The notes under the pieces were generated by a model. The model worked only from the letters and a program-made list of their open reading frames with translations. It was not told the origin of the DNA and ran no database searches. A stretch of 63,927 nt of DNA, the filler included, from Blastocystis sp. subtype 4 (Eukaryota), in NCBI RefSeq assembly GCF_000743755.1. It is 3 parts of 3 records of this genome, joined end to end, with 100 filler letters (N's around TTAATTAATTAA, not from the genome) between each part and the next. Parts side by side here need not be neighbours in the genome. Positions count along the whole stretch, not along the records: positions 26,456 to 51,534 come from NW_014569393.1; 2 more parts are not named here. The stretch is one strand, 5' to 3'. Positions within the stretch are counted from its first letter, which is position 1, and each line of letters opens with the position of its first letter. This document shows, one piece after another, positions 27,797-40,247 of the stretch. The position numbers and the translations under genes are program-made.

Positions 27797-28452
27797 TTAT
27801 TCCGTTGACTTCTTAATACCCTCAATACTCTTTGCATAAACACATAAAGATAACACTTACAACAACAGAGTGCGTAGGTTTACCAAAGAAACGAAGTTTG
27901 CTCAAACAGGTGCTAAAAGAGCCACGATTCTCCTTGATAAAGATCTGTAACATTAGCTATCATAGACAAACGTACAACAACAGATTGGACATTTACCCAC
28001 TTTGAAAGTCGCAATTTGTTGGATGATGTGGGACTAAGATCTTCCTCTGTTAGTGTAAGACTCTATAATAGGCACAAGATAAGAATGATAACTTCTGTTG
28101 GAACCAGAGTATCTACATCCGAAAAACTCACATCAAACATGTTTGAAAAGAGATCAACCACAGTTGGAGCTGACTCTGGGAATCAGACCACAAAACCTCT
28201 TAGACCGTCATTCGGAGCTTCGAAACTAATTGAAAACAATTTTACAGGTTCTTTGAACGGAATATGAAGTTAAGTAATACTGATAGAGTCCGTTCAGGAT
28301 ATCATAAGTAGAATTTGCGGATCCGCACGGCTTTCAATCACATTCAGACATTTCTGGAACAGATAGGCGGGATTACTATCTTTTGTTATATTGAGTGCTT
28401 TGACATGAGAAACATCAATAAACTCGTTTAGATCACGATATGAGCTCTTCAT
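27797..28452 (-). CDS. PITH-domain protein (TXNL1 C-terminal/PITHD1-like)
   Basis: DLNEFIDVSHVKALN, IESRADPQILLM|IPFKEPVKLFSI, APTVVDLFSN, KWVNVQSVV|IFIKENRG, LRFFG. Confidence 0.85.
28264..28302 (-). other. putative U12-type intron, AT-AT, 39 nt
   Basis: 5' ATATCCTG, branch-like TTACTTAAC, ends CAT; contains in-frame TGA; removal yields QILLMIPF. Confidence 0.8.
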
Positions 28453-28482
28453 TTCCAAAGAAACAGAGAAATGAAAAAAAGA

Positions 28483-30508
28483 CTACTCCTTCTTCGATTT
28501 AGGAAGGTCTTCAGAAGGATGGTTCTTCATAAAATCTTCTGGGTGAAGCTTCCGAAGAGCGCAGATTTGCGACATAATAGCATTGACGGCCGCCTCTTGG
28601 GATATTACACTCCGTGTTGGGACATATTGCAATAATTCATCACTTGCAGGTACATACAATCCCTATTCATGAAACGAACATTATAGGCTTACAGCATCTG
28701 TATCCTTCAACAGAGGAGATTCTTTTGTTCCACACATGCCAATCACAACAGCCTTTCGCTTCTTGAAGACATCGATAAGATTCACCACATCACTGTTCTT
28801 TCCACTATGGGAGATTAATAGGACACAATCTCCAGGAGATAAATGCCCCAAGTCACCATGTAACCACTCTACAGCAGGAACAAATTGTGATGACACTCCT
28901 AACGATGTCAATGAATTTGCCATTCGTTGTCCAACTGTTCCCGACGTTCCCTCACCTGTAATGAACAACTTATGACCATGATCATGATTGGTGAGGATCA
29001 TGTCAGCAAGTCGCTCAAACTGATCCTCATCATAATTCTATTTCTCATCTCACTGCATCAGCCTCACCTCCATCAACATCTTCAGATTATTCTTATCGCG
29101 ACGTAACGAATCATCAATTGCATTTTCCACAATTTCAGGCTGTTTTGTCGTTTCTTCTTCTGTTGCAGGTTCTGTATTCACTAGGAACAGATCCTTCACA
29201 ATATTCATATCATCAATACTTGTCATCTTCATTACACTACACTAGCATCTGTCCTTCACTCCTACCTCTCACTATCAGGAAGTGTCCCAAACTGCTGACA
29301 ACACACTGCTCCTGTCAGGGATCCCAACTGACCCAATCGTTTCACAGCATCAACACTGTCTGGCATTCCCTACGTTTCATCTCTCTCTCATTCAGTACCC
29401 AGTGATAGAGTCCAGCAATGAGACCACCAAGGAAAGCATCACCAGCACCGGTATCATCTGTTGTTGTGATATCAGGAATAATCTGAATATTGATACCATC
29501 TTGGCCTCGCACGCATAGACCTGCCCCTTTCCTTCCCTTTGTTACAGCCACAAATTGTGCATTCGGACAACGATCTGTGATTCGCTCCGCTGTGATCGAA
29601 GGAGGCTCTTGAAGAAGCATTTGTGGGTCTAATTCGGGAAACAACTCTGGAACATCGCCCTGACTAACAATTGTCAAACTTCCTCAATCCTACTTCACTT
29701 TCAATACTTCACAACTATGAAGACAATCCTCTAACTATCCAGTTAACAAATAAGGAAAACTATACATCTTCTCGAGAACCAAGATTCGCAGGACCAATTG
29801 CCACACTATAAGGCAGGTCCATATCCAGGAACCGCATCACCTTACGCTCACCAGCTGCCTTGAAGAAGGCTCGTACGCCAGAAAGTGGAACTTGGGAGAT
29901 TTCCGAAGTCACAATCTTAGCATTTCCGATATGGGGCACGAAATACTTCTCCACAATTTCAGATGTGATGAAACTCGTAGCTCCGCGAAACATGTACGTG
30001 TGTTGATCTGAATTCCTACACTTCAATCACTTCATAAAGAGAAACGAATCGATAAATACATGGGAGACTGAAGTATGATAGCTGTCATCAATAATGAGAT
30101 ATTTGGTACTTACACCAATCTCCTCCATTCTCTGTCTCAAGAGCTTTCCATACTCATCAGTTCCCTAACCATCACGATAACATCTAGAATAGACCTGAAT
30201 AGCGAACAAACCAGTGGGAACATTGAGAATCTGTGCCCATGATAGATGATTCAATGTAATACCTCCACCGATCCGGAAATCTTCATACTATAACTCAAAA
30301 CAATACCGCCATGTTGACTTTACTCTCATCAGCAAAATAACCGACACCACCTGCCTTAGGAATTCTCTTGATCGTGGATACAATGTTCATCATGTTACTT
30401 CCACAACCAAACACCATTGGCTCTACCTTCCCCTTCTTCGTAATAGCTGAAACTCAGAACTCATTTCCTCAAAGTACCGCTTATTAAATCAATGCTATGA
30501 CGAATCAT
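28483..30508 (-). CDS. PfkB sugar kinase fused to a KdsD/GutQ-like SIS domain
   Basis: VFGCGSN, GGGITLN, VTKGRKGA, DTGAGDAFLGG; then in frame ITGEGTSG, VEWLHGDLG, ISHSG, VPTRS, FMKNHP. Confidence 0.85.
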
Positions 30509-30572
30509 CAAAAGAAGTGAAGAAGAGAATGATGTTTTTCGATCAACAAACACATCAGCTAAAAGAATAGAA

Positions 30573-32173
30573 TTACAGGTCCACTTCCTTATACTTTAAT
30601 AACCACACATTCGTCACCGCCAAACTCATTGTCCGTTCAAACAGTTCCATTGGAACAGTAAGTCGCTGATTGAGCTTCTTATCTGTCTCCTTTAGTGCCA
30701 TCGACCTTTTCATGTCCTTCGTTACTGTATTATAGATTCCATAAAACACAAGTCGAGTCTTTTCTGCCATATTTCTGTAGTAAGGTTCCTTGAAATTTGG
30801 TGGATTAATCTCGATGACTGCTCCAAATGGTTCCATAAAAAGAATATGGGTCATAGCAGCTCCATGAATGCTCAAATAGATATCTTTATCCAACACAAAC
30901 TCCACTTGTTCCTGAAAGCTCAATTGAGTATCCGGCTGGATTGTAAGCGTGATATCGGTACGATTCATCAGATAATGAACAATTTCATCTCGATTTTCCA
31001 AACCACGACGAGTTCCATTACGATCCAAATACAATAATTCCAATTTGGATGGTTTCGTTAGTCGAATATGCTTGTGATGGTCTCTATAGTACAGCTGTTT
31101 CATCAATAATGGTTCATTTGGATTCACAAATGTATCGTACATGCGAGGGACGATTCGAGCTAGAATCTACAGTAATCACAGTCTGATAATTCTTACACCA
31201 CGTTTAGCACAAAAGGATAATCCAGAACGAGCGTACTCCTCTCCTTGAAGAAAATGTGGCATGTGCTTGGGAGAGAAAACCGATTTGGCTAACTCATAAT
31301 AACTAATGGACCATTTATAGTGACCCTTAGGATCACCAAATGTGAGGTTCTGGTTGATGGGATCAGGATAATAGACAACATGATGCATCTTGAGATTAAT
31401 TTCCAGGATAAGACATACCTGCGGCAATTCAGAAGCATGGTGCACATAACGAAGCAGATTATGGATCCATTCCGTATGATGATAAATGTTGTTCCAACCA
31501 CCCCAACCTCTTGTCATAAACAGATAAACATCATCTAGAACTGGCACTCCAGGAGGAAAGGTTGTATCATTGCGATCACGAAAGTAAAGCCAACGTTTGT
31601 AATACCAACTATAGAATTCAGATGGATATCGCTTTTTGGGATACTGCTTGTGATTGTTGATTAGATACAGACTCTTATTGGACTCGAAAATACAAAAGTT
31701 CTCCAAATAGCGCCAATCATTCGCAACCTTTGACAGAACCTGGTTTGGATCACTACAAAATTACTACCACAGCACACTCCTACATTTGGATTCTTGAGAC
31801 AAATGTATCCCAATCTGGTGATCTAGTTATTACTCAAAACTGACGAATACGAATCGAGAGACGGTACTGTATAGCGAGCAAGTGCTACTGCAGAGGCGAT
31901 CGCTTTAGTTTGAGCCTGAAGTTGATGGCTAAATTCATAGTCATCTGGTTGATGTGTGCTCCTATGAATTCATTCCTTTCCTAATATAAGATACATAATC
32001 GGTAAAGTCACATTCGTTTTCACTTCACATGGTATTTGAATGTATTTAGTTGCATTGAAAGATCCAGAAAGTCCTTTCTGAAGCGACTTGTTCTGTTGTA
32101 TCAATACAGTATGTAAAAAGAATATAAACACTGCAATGATACAGAATACATCAAATCGACCAATTCGCATCAT
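30573..32173 (-). CDS. GT61/DUF563-like glycosyltransferase, type II membrane
   Basis: N-terminal TM, NNIYHHTEW, LDRNGTRR, LSFQEQV, SIHGAAMTHILFM, VIEINP. Confidence 0.8.
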
Positions 32174-32265
32174 GGATAACCTCCCTAGAAAGGAGTTCTG
32201 ACAATACACCAAAAAGCCGTTTTGCTTAAGATAACAAACTATTAATGTAACAAAGCAAAAGCACA

Positions 32266-33797
32266 CTAGAACCATTCCAGCTTAAGAATATCACCAATAG
32301 TTGGACGCTTAGTAGGATCTATCTCTAGCAACTGTTGTAACAAATCTAAGTATGAACTAGTCAAACCAATCTTACTAATTTCGTTTTGAGAAGCTGATGC
32401 TCGAATTAAGGTATCCGTTAAATAGGAAAAACCTTTGTGAGAAAAAGGTTCGTATACTTCATCTGAATCATTGGCAATCCCGAATGGAGGACTTCCGGTA
32501 ATCATGATGTACAAGATAATTCCCAAGCTCCAGATATCAGCAGGACCAGCTTCATAAGATCCACAATATGCCTCAGGAGCCAAATAATATGGTTTTCCAG
32601 CAATTTCATCCTCTTCGATAATGGCACTTCCAGAGGAATCCATTTTGCGAACACGACCAAAATCGGATACTTTCGCGATAATCCGAGCTTTTCCCGAATT
32701 ATTGTAATTTGGAACCAACTTGACAGCAATATTCTCAAGAGAGAGGTCACAGTGGTAATAGCCCTGCTGTACAATATAATTGTACCCTAAGAGAATCTGA
32801 TGGAAAACATCCACTACTCCCTCCTTCCCATGAATAGAAGGGAGGAGATCATGAAGATCACCATCAACCAGTTCCATCACTGCTATCAAATAGATTTTGG
32901 TTTCTACAATGAATGACATCATTCAAGTCTACCCAGGCTATCATGGAGAAATAGAACATTTTCATGACCACCTCGATCACTTAGTTCCTTCATCACACCT
33001 AGTTCAGTCTGAACATCATCTTCATCCCATTGAAAGCATTCACTAATTGCACTCTGGAAGTGAGTTCATCCCTCCATTTCTACTTTTTCCATTACTTTTA
33101 ATGCTATTAGATCTTTAGTCTTGTCTGGATAGTATACACCAAATTGCCGTTTCAAAATCATTCCACGTTTGATTCGACCTGTCCGACAATGCCGAATTGT
33201 TTCTTGAGGCCAGTAATATTTGTCTTTTGTGAATATGATGTTATATCGACCCATTCTCGCTCTACTTGTGATATCCAATAGTAAATCAAACCCAAAACGG
33301 ATAACAACACGTTTAATAGCTGCTTGACGCAACTGAACGATGGAACGTCCTCGCTTCTCCATATTTTCTTCATACTTACATGGAAAGCTAATATCCAGAG
33401 ATGGAAGTGGCTCTAAGTATCACATACATAGACATTCATTGCCTGTACTCACTTCTGTAGGCATATCAGAGATAGAAAGCTCGGAAAATAAACGTCCCCG
33501 GGTTTCATGACGCTTCTTCAATACAGCTTCACCCCCCACAATTCCATGGACTATTTCTGTAGTTGAAAAAGAATTGTTAGGAGATGGAATATCCTCTCCA
33601 ATCATCGGACTTGTGTTCCGCCCAAAAGACGGAAGATCCCCTGAAGGCTTTGAATCCGGAGAACTCACAGAAGCATATAAAGAATCAACTGAATACACTT
33701 CCGACATTGAACGTATTCGTCCTTCCAAAGCAGTCAAGTCAATTTGATTGATATCCTCATTCTGAACATCTCCATGTTCCTGAACACTCGTACTCAT
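32266..33797 (-). CDS. Ser/Thr protein kinase (CAMK-like)
   Basis: IALKVM, YHCDLSLENI, VSDFG, GKPYYLAPE, DIWSLGI, DPTKRPT. Confidence 0.9.
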
Positions 33798-33898
33798 CTC
33801 AGAACTTCACGTATTCTTGGAAGATACTTCGTAATGCTCTCTTTTGATAGAATTCCATGAATGACAAAAATCGGGATTATTATTCAACAAACACGATT

Positions 33899-36430
33899 TC
33901 ATCGATCACCCCCAACAGAATGAATCAAAAACGACATCTGTTCTGCTGCCGAATACACTCGTAAACTTGGATCATTCTCACAAAAATGTCCCTCCGCACT
34001 ACCATTCACATAATCCCAAACATCCTACTAGCAGCGCATCACCTGAACTGTATTTTCGTCTGTATTCACCTCCCGTATCCGATTTACATACTTGAGTGTG
34101 TTGTAGAAAGGAGTTCTCTTATCTTTCAATCCTAGTCCTTATGCTTAGTTCAGTTCAATTACCACAAGTACAGAAAATGTTTGGGTACATCCGCTTCTCC
34201 AGATTCGTATAAGGACAAATTCGTTCAATTCCCTGCATCTCCTTAAACTTATCTGGATTTCCCCATTCATCAAATTCAGTTACAGTCAAAGGCAAATCTC
34301 GATTAGTCAATGTGTCCCGAAGCAATAGGAAAGGGACATGGAGAAGAACAGCTTGAATAGGAACAGTGGTTCGATTCAACAATGCTCCTGTAATGATCCC
34401 TCCTGCGCTATTACTCGAAAGGCATACAGGGTGCAACGACGAAACGGCTGTTATCACAGAATTCAAATCTTTTATCCCATTTTCTCGATTCAAACAGCTT
34501 CCCTGCTGATACCACCGAGGTCCTTTGTCTCCTCCACCTCTATCTATCAAAAGAAAAAGGAAAAACAAACCGAATTGCGGAATATCCTAGAATCCACCCT
34601 CGTTTGAGTAATGACAAATACGAAGGGGTATAATGAATCGGAATATCAACACCATAACATCCATAACTGTTAATGATAACAGGAGCCGATACATCAATAT
34701 TCTTCTTCTGAATCGTGGTAAATGGCACTTCCTGTCCATCCTCGGATTTCACATACTGCATTGATACATCCAATTCATCTTCAATCAATCCAGAAGCAGA
34801 GGGCAATGGCAGATGTTCAATTAGCTTCGATGTGTTGGACCATAAATCGTATTCATATGTATCTCCTCGCAGAGCTGGACTACTTAATGTATATGTCACC
34901 GTATGACTCTTGGGATCCTACTGATCAATCACAATCCAAATATCGACCGGATTATTACCAATTACAAAATCCCCTAAATGTGGAATATCCAGTTTTTGTT
35001 CCGAAATACATAGATTGTTGTCATACATGTCCAATTGTAGTGCCCGGATGCGATAACCATGACAACTCTTCTCGTATAACACAATATGCTTCTATTCATG
35101 AACTCAAACCGATAATCTCACATCCATCACATCCATATCAATGATCCTGAAAGTATCAAGAATCAATTGATTAGAATGACTTACAGGCGACGGTGTCAGT
35201 GGAGTAACCTTTTTCTGTTCAAAGCAACGATCAATCAATCCTCCTTTTCCCTTCCCTTGTCCCTCTAGCCATGGAATATTCCCAAATGCATCATTTTCGT
35301 TTACCAAATACACTTCAAACGGTTGATGAGGTGAATTTCTGACAATCACAAAAAAGTCCTGAATATGTTCAACATAGCATTCTTCATTTGCCCGACGCTG
35401 AATTAGAAGTGTAGGAGTCTTGCAAACACCTCCTTGAACATAAATCTCGGATGATGATTTGGAGACGGAATGAATGGTTATGAATTTCTATGATGCATCT
35501 AATGGAACTCTCTTACACAATCATTGGTTCGTTTCACATCACAGTAGTAATTTTCCGATTTCTCTTCAAATACTAATTCATCATGTGTCACAGATGTTCC
35601 TAAAATATGCCGATATCTGAAATTCATAATATGTTCGATTCTTACATTCGGTTTGTTCGCATCAAATTATTAGCTACCGTGTAATATAAGTCGTTTGCAG
35701 ATACACCAATTCCAAAAGCGAAGGAGTACACGTTTCTTTTGATCACTTCAACTTGTCCTGAACGAAGATCCTTGATATACAAATTGTATAGTTCTTCTCC
35801 CGTTGTATCCACTGTATAACCCAAGTAATTACTGTCTCGACTAATTACCATATTATTTACAGTCACAGGCCTAGAAATCATGACAAACATGAACAACGAC
35901 CCCTCTGCAAACTCAGAGTTCAGATTTAGTACAGTCTCTTCGTTATCAGTACCTAGCGCTTTACGATAAAACACAGGAAGATAATCCTCTTCTGATTGTT
36001 TGGAATAGTATTTGTATCCCTGAATTACACTCGGAATCGATTCTGTGTGTTCTTCTTCATAAAAGGAATCAATCTCCTACACTGTAACTACCTCATCTCC
36101 ACTACCTCGAATAGAATCTCGTTTAAACCGCCACAGGACTTTAAAACTTCAGTACAAAATCTGAAAATCAAAGAAAGAGTTTAGTTATACCGATCCTCTT
36201 CTTCTAACCGATGCATTACACTTTTATCATACTTCTACAGATAAAATACGTTGGTTCTTCGTTACCTCCATCCACTTGAACTTATCCACTCCCTTTGACA
36301 ACTTTCGGGGCGGATTGATTCTAGCAAAGTTCCAATTCGCTCGTGGAAACCGAATATCATGTGACGAAGAGGAAAGGCAACGACATCTTGCCAGCAACTG
36401 GGTGATACGCGGTTTCCGAACCAAAAACAT
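33899..36430 (-). CDS. oligopeptidase B-like S9A serine peptidase with mitochondrial-type presequence
   Basis: YGCYG, RGGG, SNSAGG, PLTVTEFDEWGNP, CPYTN, D-x-R and GHF; leader MFLVRKPRITQLLARCRCLSS. Confidence 0.88.
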
Positions 36431-36575
36431 CCAGCTTCAAGTTTGGCAGTAGAAGAGGAACTCAACGTAGATAGATAACAAATATACACTCAACCGAAGA
36501 ATGGGCAGCAGAATAACTATAAAATTGTAAAATTCCCAAAATCAGGTGTATTTGTGTATACTACAAACAAGTCGC

Positions 36576-38682
36576 CTATCGCGATACTGAAGGTACTTCT
36601 TCTGATAACAACTTGATTTCTACATCGTTGCATACTCCATGACTCGATAACTTCACGTTACCATCATTTGCCTATGTATCAACCACTTCCTTCTCTCCAA
36701 CCATTTGTAAAAGAGAAACGAACATTCGAGACACCTCAAAAGGCTGTTTCTTCGACGCTAATTCCCTCAAAGCCACTTCCTCTTTCTTGCTCTCCTTTAA
36801 CTCATCCATCAGCATCACACGATCTCTGTGAATATCAAATTGCTCACGCTTATCCTGTTCCTCCAACATCGGAACGATCCGAGTCTCCCACTCATTCACT
36901 CGTTTCACTAGTTTGGTCTCATGCGTAAACTTCTCGACTCCATGCATAAATGATTCCATATGCTGACGACACAAATCTTCATATGTCACATACTCGCCAT
37001 TTCCCGTGGAAATAAGAGTCTGATTACTATCCTGAATACGAGATGCTGATTCACTATCACCAAAAGCGAGTGGGTCAAATACAGTTGTCTGATTTAGAAG
37101 CATTGAAATACTCGTAGAATAAGGATCACCTCCCAAAGCCACACTCACATCCAAACGAGTCTCTTCTAATTCCTTCTGTAATGATACCTCATCCTCCAAA
37201 TTTGGAGCTAATTCATCCTCAGAGAACGCATCATAACCCACATCCAGGATATCACCAGGATCAGGTTCCTCATGTGTATCCAGCAAATCCAATACTTCTT
37301 CAGTCTCACTATCTCGTTGACGTTGTCTCTACCAATCAGTCCAATCCTAAGAAGCAACAGAGATGGAAGTAGCCCGGGTGATCACGATCTGTTTCCGAAG
37401 GATCTCCTTCACACAGGAACTCTGATGACTATGGGAATCAATAAGACAGAATATCTACCTGAACACTTCCAATTCTGATGGAGACACGCAGAAGAACAGA
37501 TCTTCTGGGTTACTGTAGTCAACAGGACCTGCTAATTGATTCTTTGCCCTATTCAGCTCATTCTTCTTCTTCACATCCTTCTTGTCTAAAAGGACCTTCC
37601 CTCGTACATAAGGCTGGGGATGATTCCCGCTGGCATCGTACGGATCCTCAAGTCGCCACAAATCATGACTTCGATCCTTCCTATGGTCTGAAGTCTGGTT
37701 TGAATTCCTCGAGGCAATAGGTGATGCCTGGTCAGGAATATCCATCTCTGGAAGCTCTCCATCTGAGATAGGCTCCAGTTGTTCGGCTCCAGCCTCAGAT
37801 TCTGACTTTGACTCCTGCTCTGACCCTGCCTCAGATACTGATGGCTTGGAAGACTCCGTTACTAACTCTGGAGAATGAAGAGACACTTCCGAAGATGACT
37901 CACCCACTACGGTGGATATGGAAGACTTCTCTTCTAAAGTTGTGGATGGTCGAGTGTCTACAGATCCATGGAGAACAGACGTATTGTTCACATTGCCAAT
38001 GGTGAATTGACCCTCAGGACTAATACTGCATCGACTGAGACTAGATATCATGACAAGAACATAAGTCAACAAGAAACTCCGATCTTTGTTATCACTGGTG
38101 AGATTACTACTAATGACGCCCATGCTTGAATCATATAAGCGGAGAATTGAGTATTGTCTTGAATTATTCTGAAGGTTTAAGGAAAACGAAATGAATACTG
38201 TCATTGTGATACGTCGCTGTATTTCTTTCTCATCTTGTTTCAAGTCAATATTCCCACGTTCTCCGAGTATAGAGCTATCTAGTACAACAACTGGATCATC
38301 CATCACAAGATGAAGACCCTTTTCTTTGGCTCCATCTCCTTTGGGTCGTTTCTGTTTAGAAAGCAATTCCAAAGTCTCAAATACCAAATTATATAGAAAT
38401 TCAACCTTTTTGCTATATACAACAGCTGATCCCTAAATATTATCACACTAAAAAGATCATACTTGGATCATCAGAGCTGCCTCTGCAAAATTGAGATTGG
38501 ACTTTCCCCCATCAAACGAAATGACAACAGACTCCAAATCTTCCAAGTATTCTTCTAATTCTGCTGCAACATCGATATTCCAATTATCGGCCAAATCCCT
38601 TGATATGATACAATGACAACACCACTCACCGAATCGGCTTTAGAAGCATCGAAAACCGGGAATCGGACTCTCTTCCTTCCAT
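36576..38682 (-). CDS. NCAPH2: condensin II kleisin subunit H2
   Basis: [72 protein letters not shown]. Confidence 0.92.
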
Positions 38683-38793
38683 TCTCAATGATGAAGATCT
38701 TGTTGTGATCGTTTACGCGTGAATTCAAAAAAAGGCGTCGCTGCGGGAATGAACTCCTTCTGGCGTCAAATCTCATTCTTCTTCAAAGCAACT

Positions 38794-40224
38794 ATGGAGT
38801 GTCCAATCTGTAAGAAGACGGATTGCTTCGTCTGTAAAATATGGAATGATGACCAGACGATGGATCTTCTCATGGCAGAGAATGGAAAAGAGGTGAAACT
38901 GTTCCTATTCTATATTATTCGTAGATTAATCCTCATTTCTATGCTCATTGGATCGATCTCCTCACTCATTACTTTGTGTAGGAATGTTGAAATGGTTATA
39001 TGGCAGATCGACAGGAAAGGTTGAGTCTACCATCAGTGAACTATATGGTACCTTTCAGCGAAATGGATTTGTTCCTATTGGTTTGAAGTCGATATTACTA
39101 GATATGGAAAAGAATAAGAGTATCAAAATTCATAGACAGACAAATAGCAAAGGGTTTTTGTTTGGAAAACTGCTGATGTGTAGTTGGCTCTCGTATATTC
39201 ACTCGTTCTTTGGAGGAGAAGATGTAGGTTGGTGATATGAAATAGTCATATAGTTGTCTGAAGACTCTGTAATTCGCTGTGATTATCTCCTCCAACATGC
39301 TGCGAAGTTCATCCGCAACGACCTCTCTCGATTTACTCATGCTTCTTTCTTCCTGGTGAATTGTAGTTCTAGTTTGTATCAGTTCATTTTGGAACAACAG
39401 GAGAAGTACCCAGAATTAGACTCCACTATTTTATTATTTACGGATGCTGTTGCATCTGTAGTTGGTGAAGGAAAAGTGAGAATACAACGATTCGTTCATG
39501 AATAGTTCATTCCAACCGATTATTATAATCAGGCCAAGCAGATGCTCTGCCACCTCCAGAAAGGTCAGGATTCTGTTGTAGCTCAATTCTGTGTGGATCG
39601 TGGAGTTGGTCATATGTTCCATAAGAATGGTTTGGAAGCACTCGTACTAGATGATTCCGAATCCGATGGAGACGTTGCTCTTCTTCAGATCAGCTACATT
39701 CAGATGATCGCTCGTCTTGAGAAGTCCATTGCTCTAAATGAAGAAACAGTAATAATGGGATGAAAAATGAGAATTAGATTGAAAAAAATCGAAATGCAGC
39801 GAAGGCATTAATGATGAAGGGAAAGCGAGACGAGGCAAAGGCTATTCTGGCAAATGGTGTTCAGTAAGGATGAAAGGAAATGATAATGGAAAGGAAGTCA
39901 ACAAATGAGAACAAGGCCATGATCAAGAGACTTCAATTCCTCCGCGAACAGCTGAAATCATTGGATGATGCAACTATGACAAAGAAGATGGCTGATGTGG
40001 TGAAGCTAACAAGCGAAGTGATGCCAAAGAATATGGTGGCTATTAGTGAAGCAGTAGATTTGATGGATTCAATCCGAGAAGCCCAAGATGGAATTGCTGT
40101 AGCTCAAGAAGCAATTATTGGAGAAGAATCAAAGGATTCAGATGGTCTTCAGTCAACTCTTGCTGAAATTGATCTGTTACCTGATGTGCCTCAATCTGAA
40201 CCTGAGAAAATGCTCGAAGAATAA
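38794..40224 (+). CDS. CHMP7-like ESCRT-II/III hybrid protein
   Basis: FQRNGFVPIGLKSILLDM (CHMP7 winged-helix region) plus Snf7-like C-terminus. Confidence 0.7.
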
Positions 40225-40247
40225 ACTTGTTTCTTCAAACAAACACT

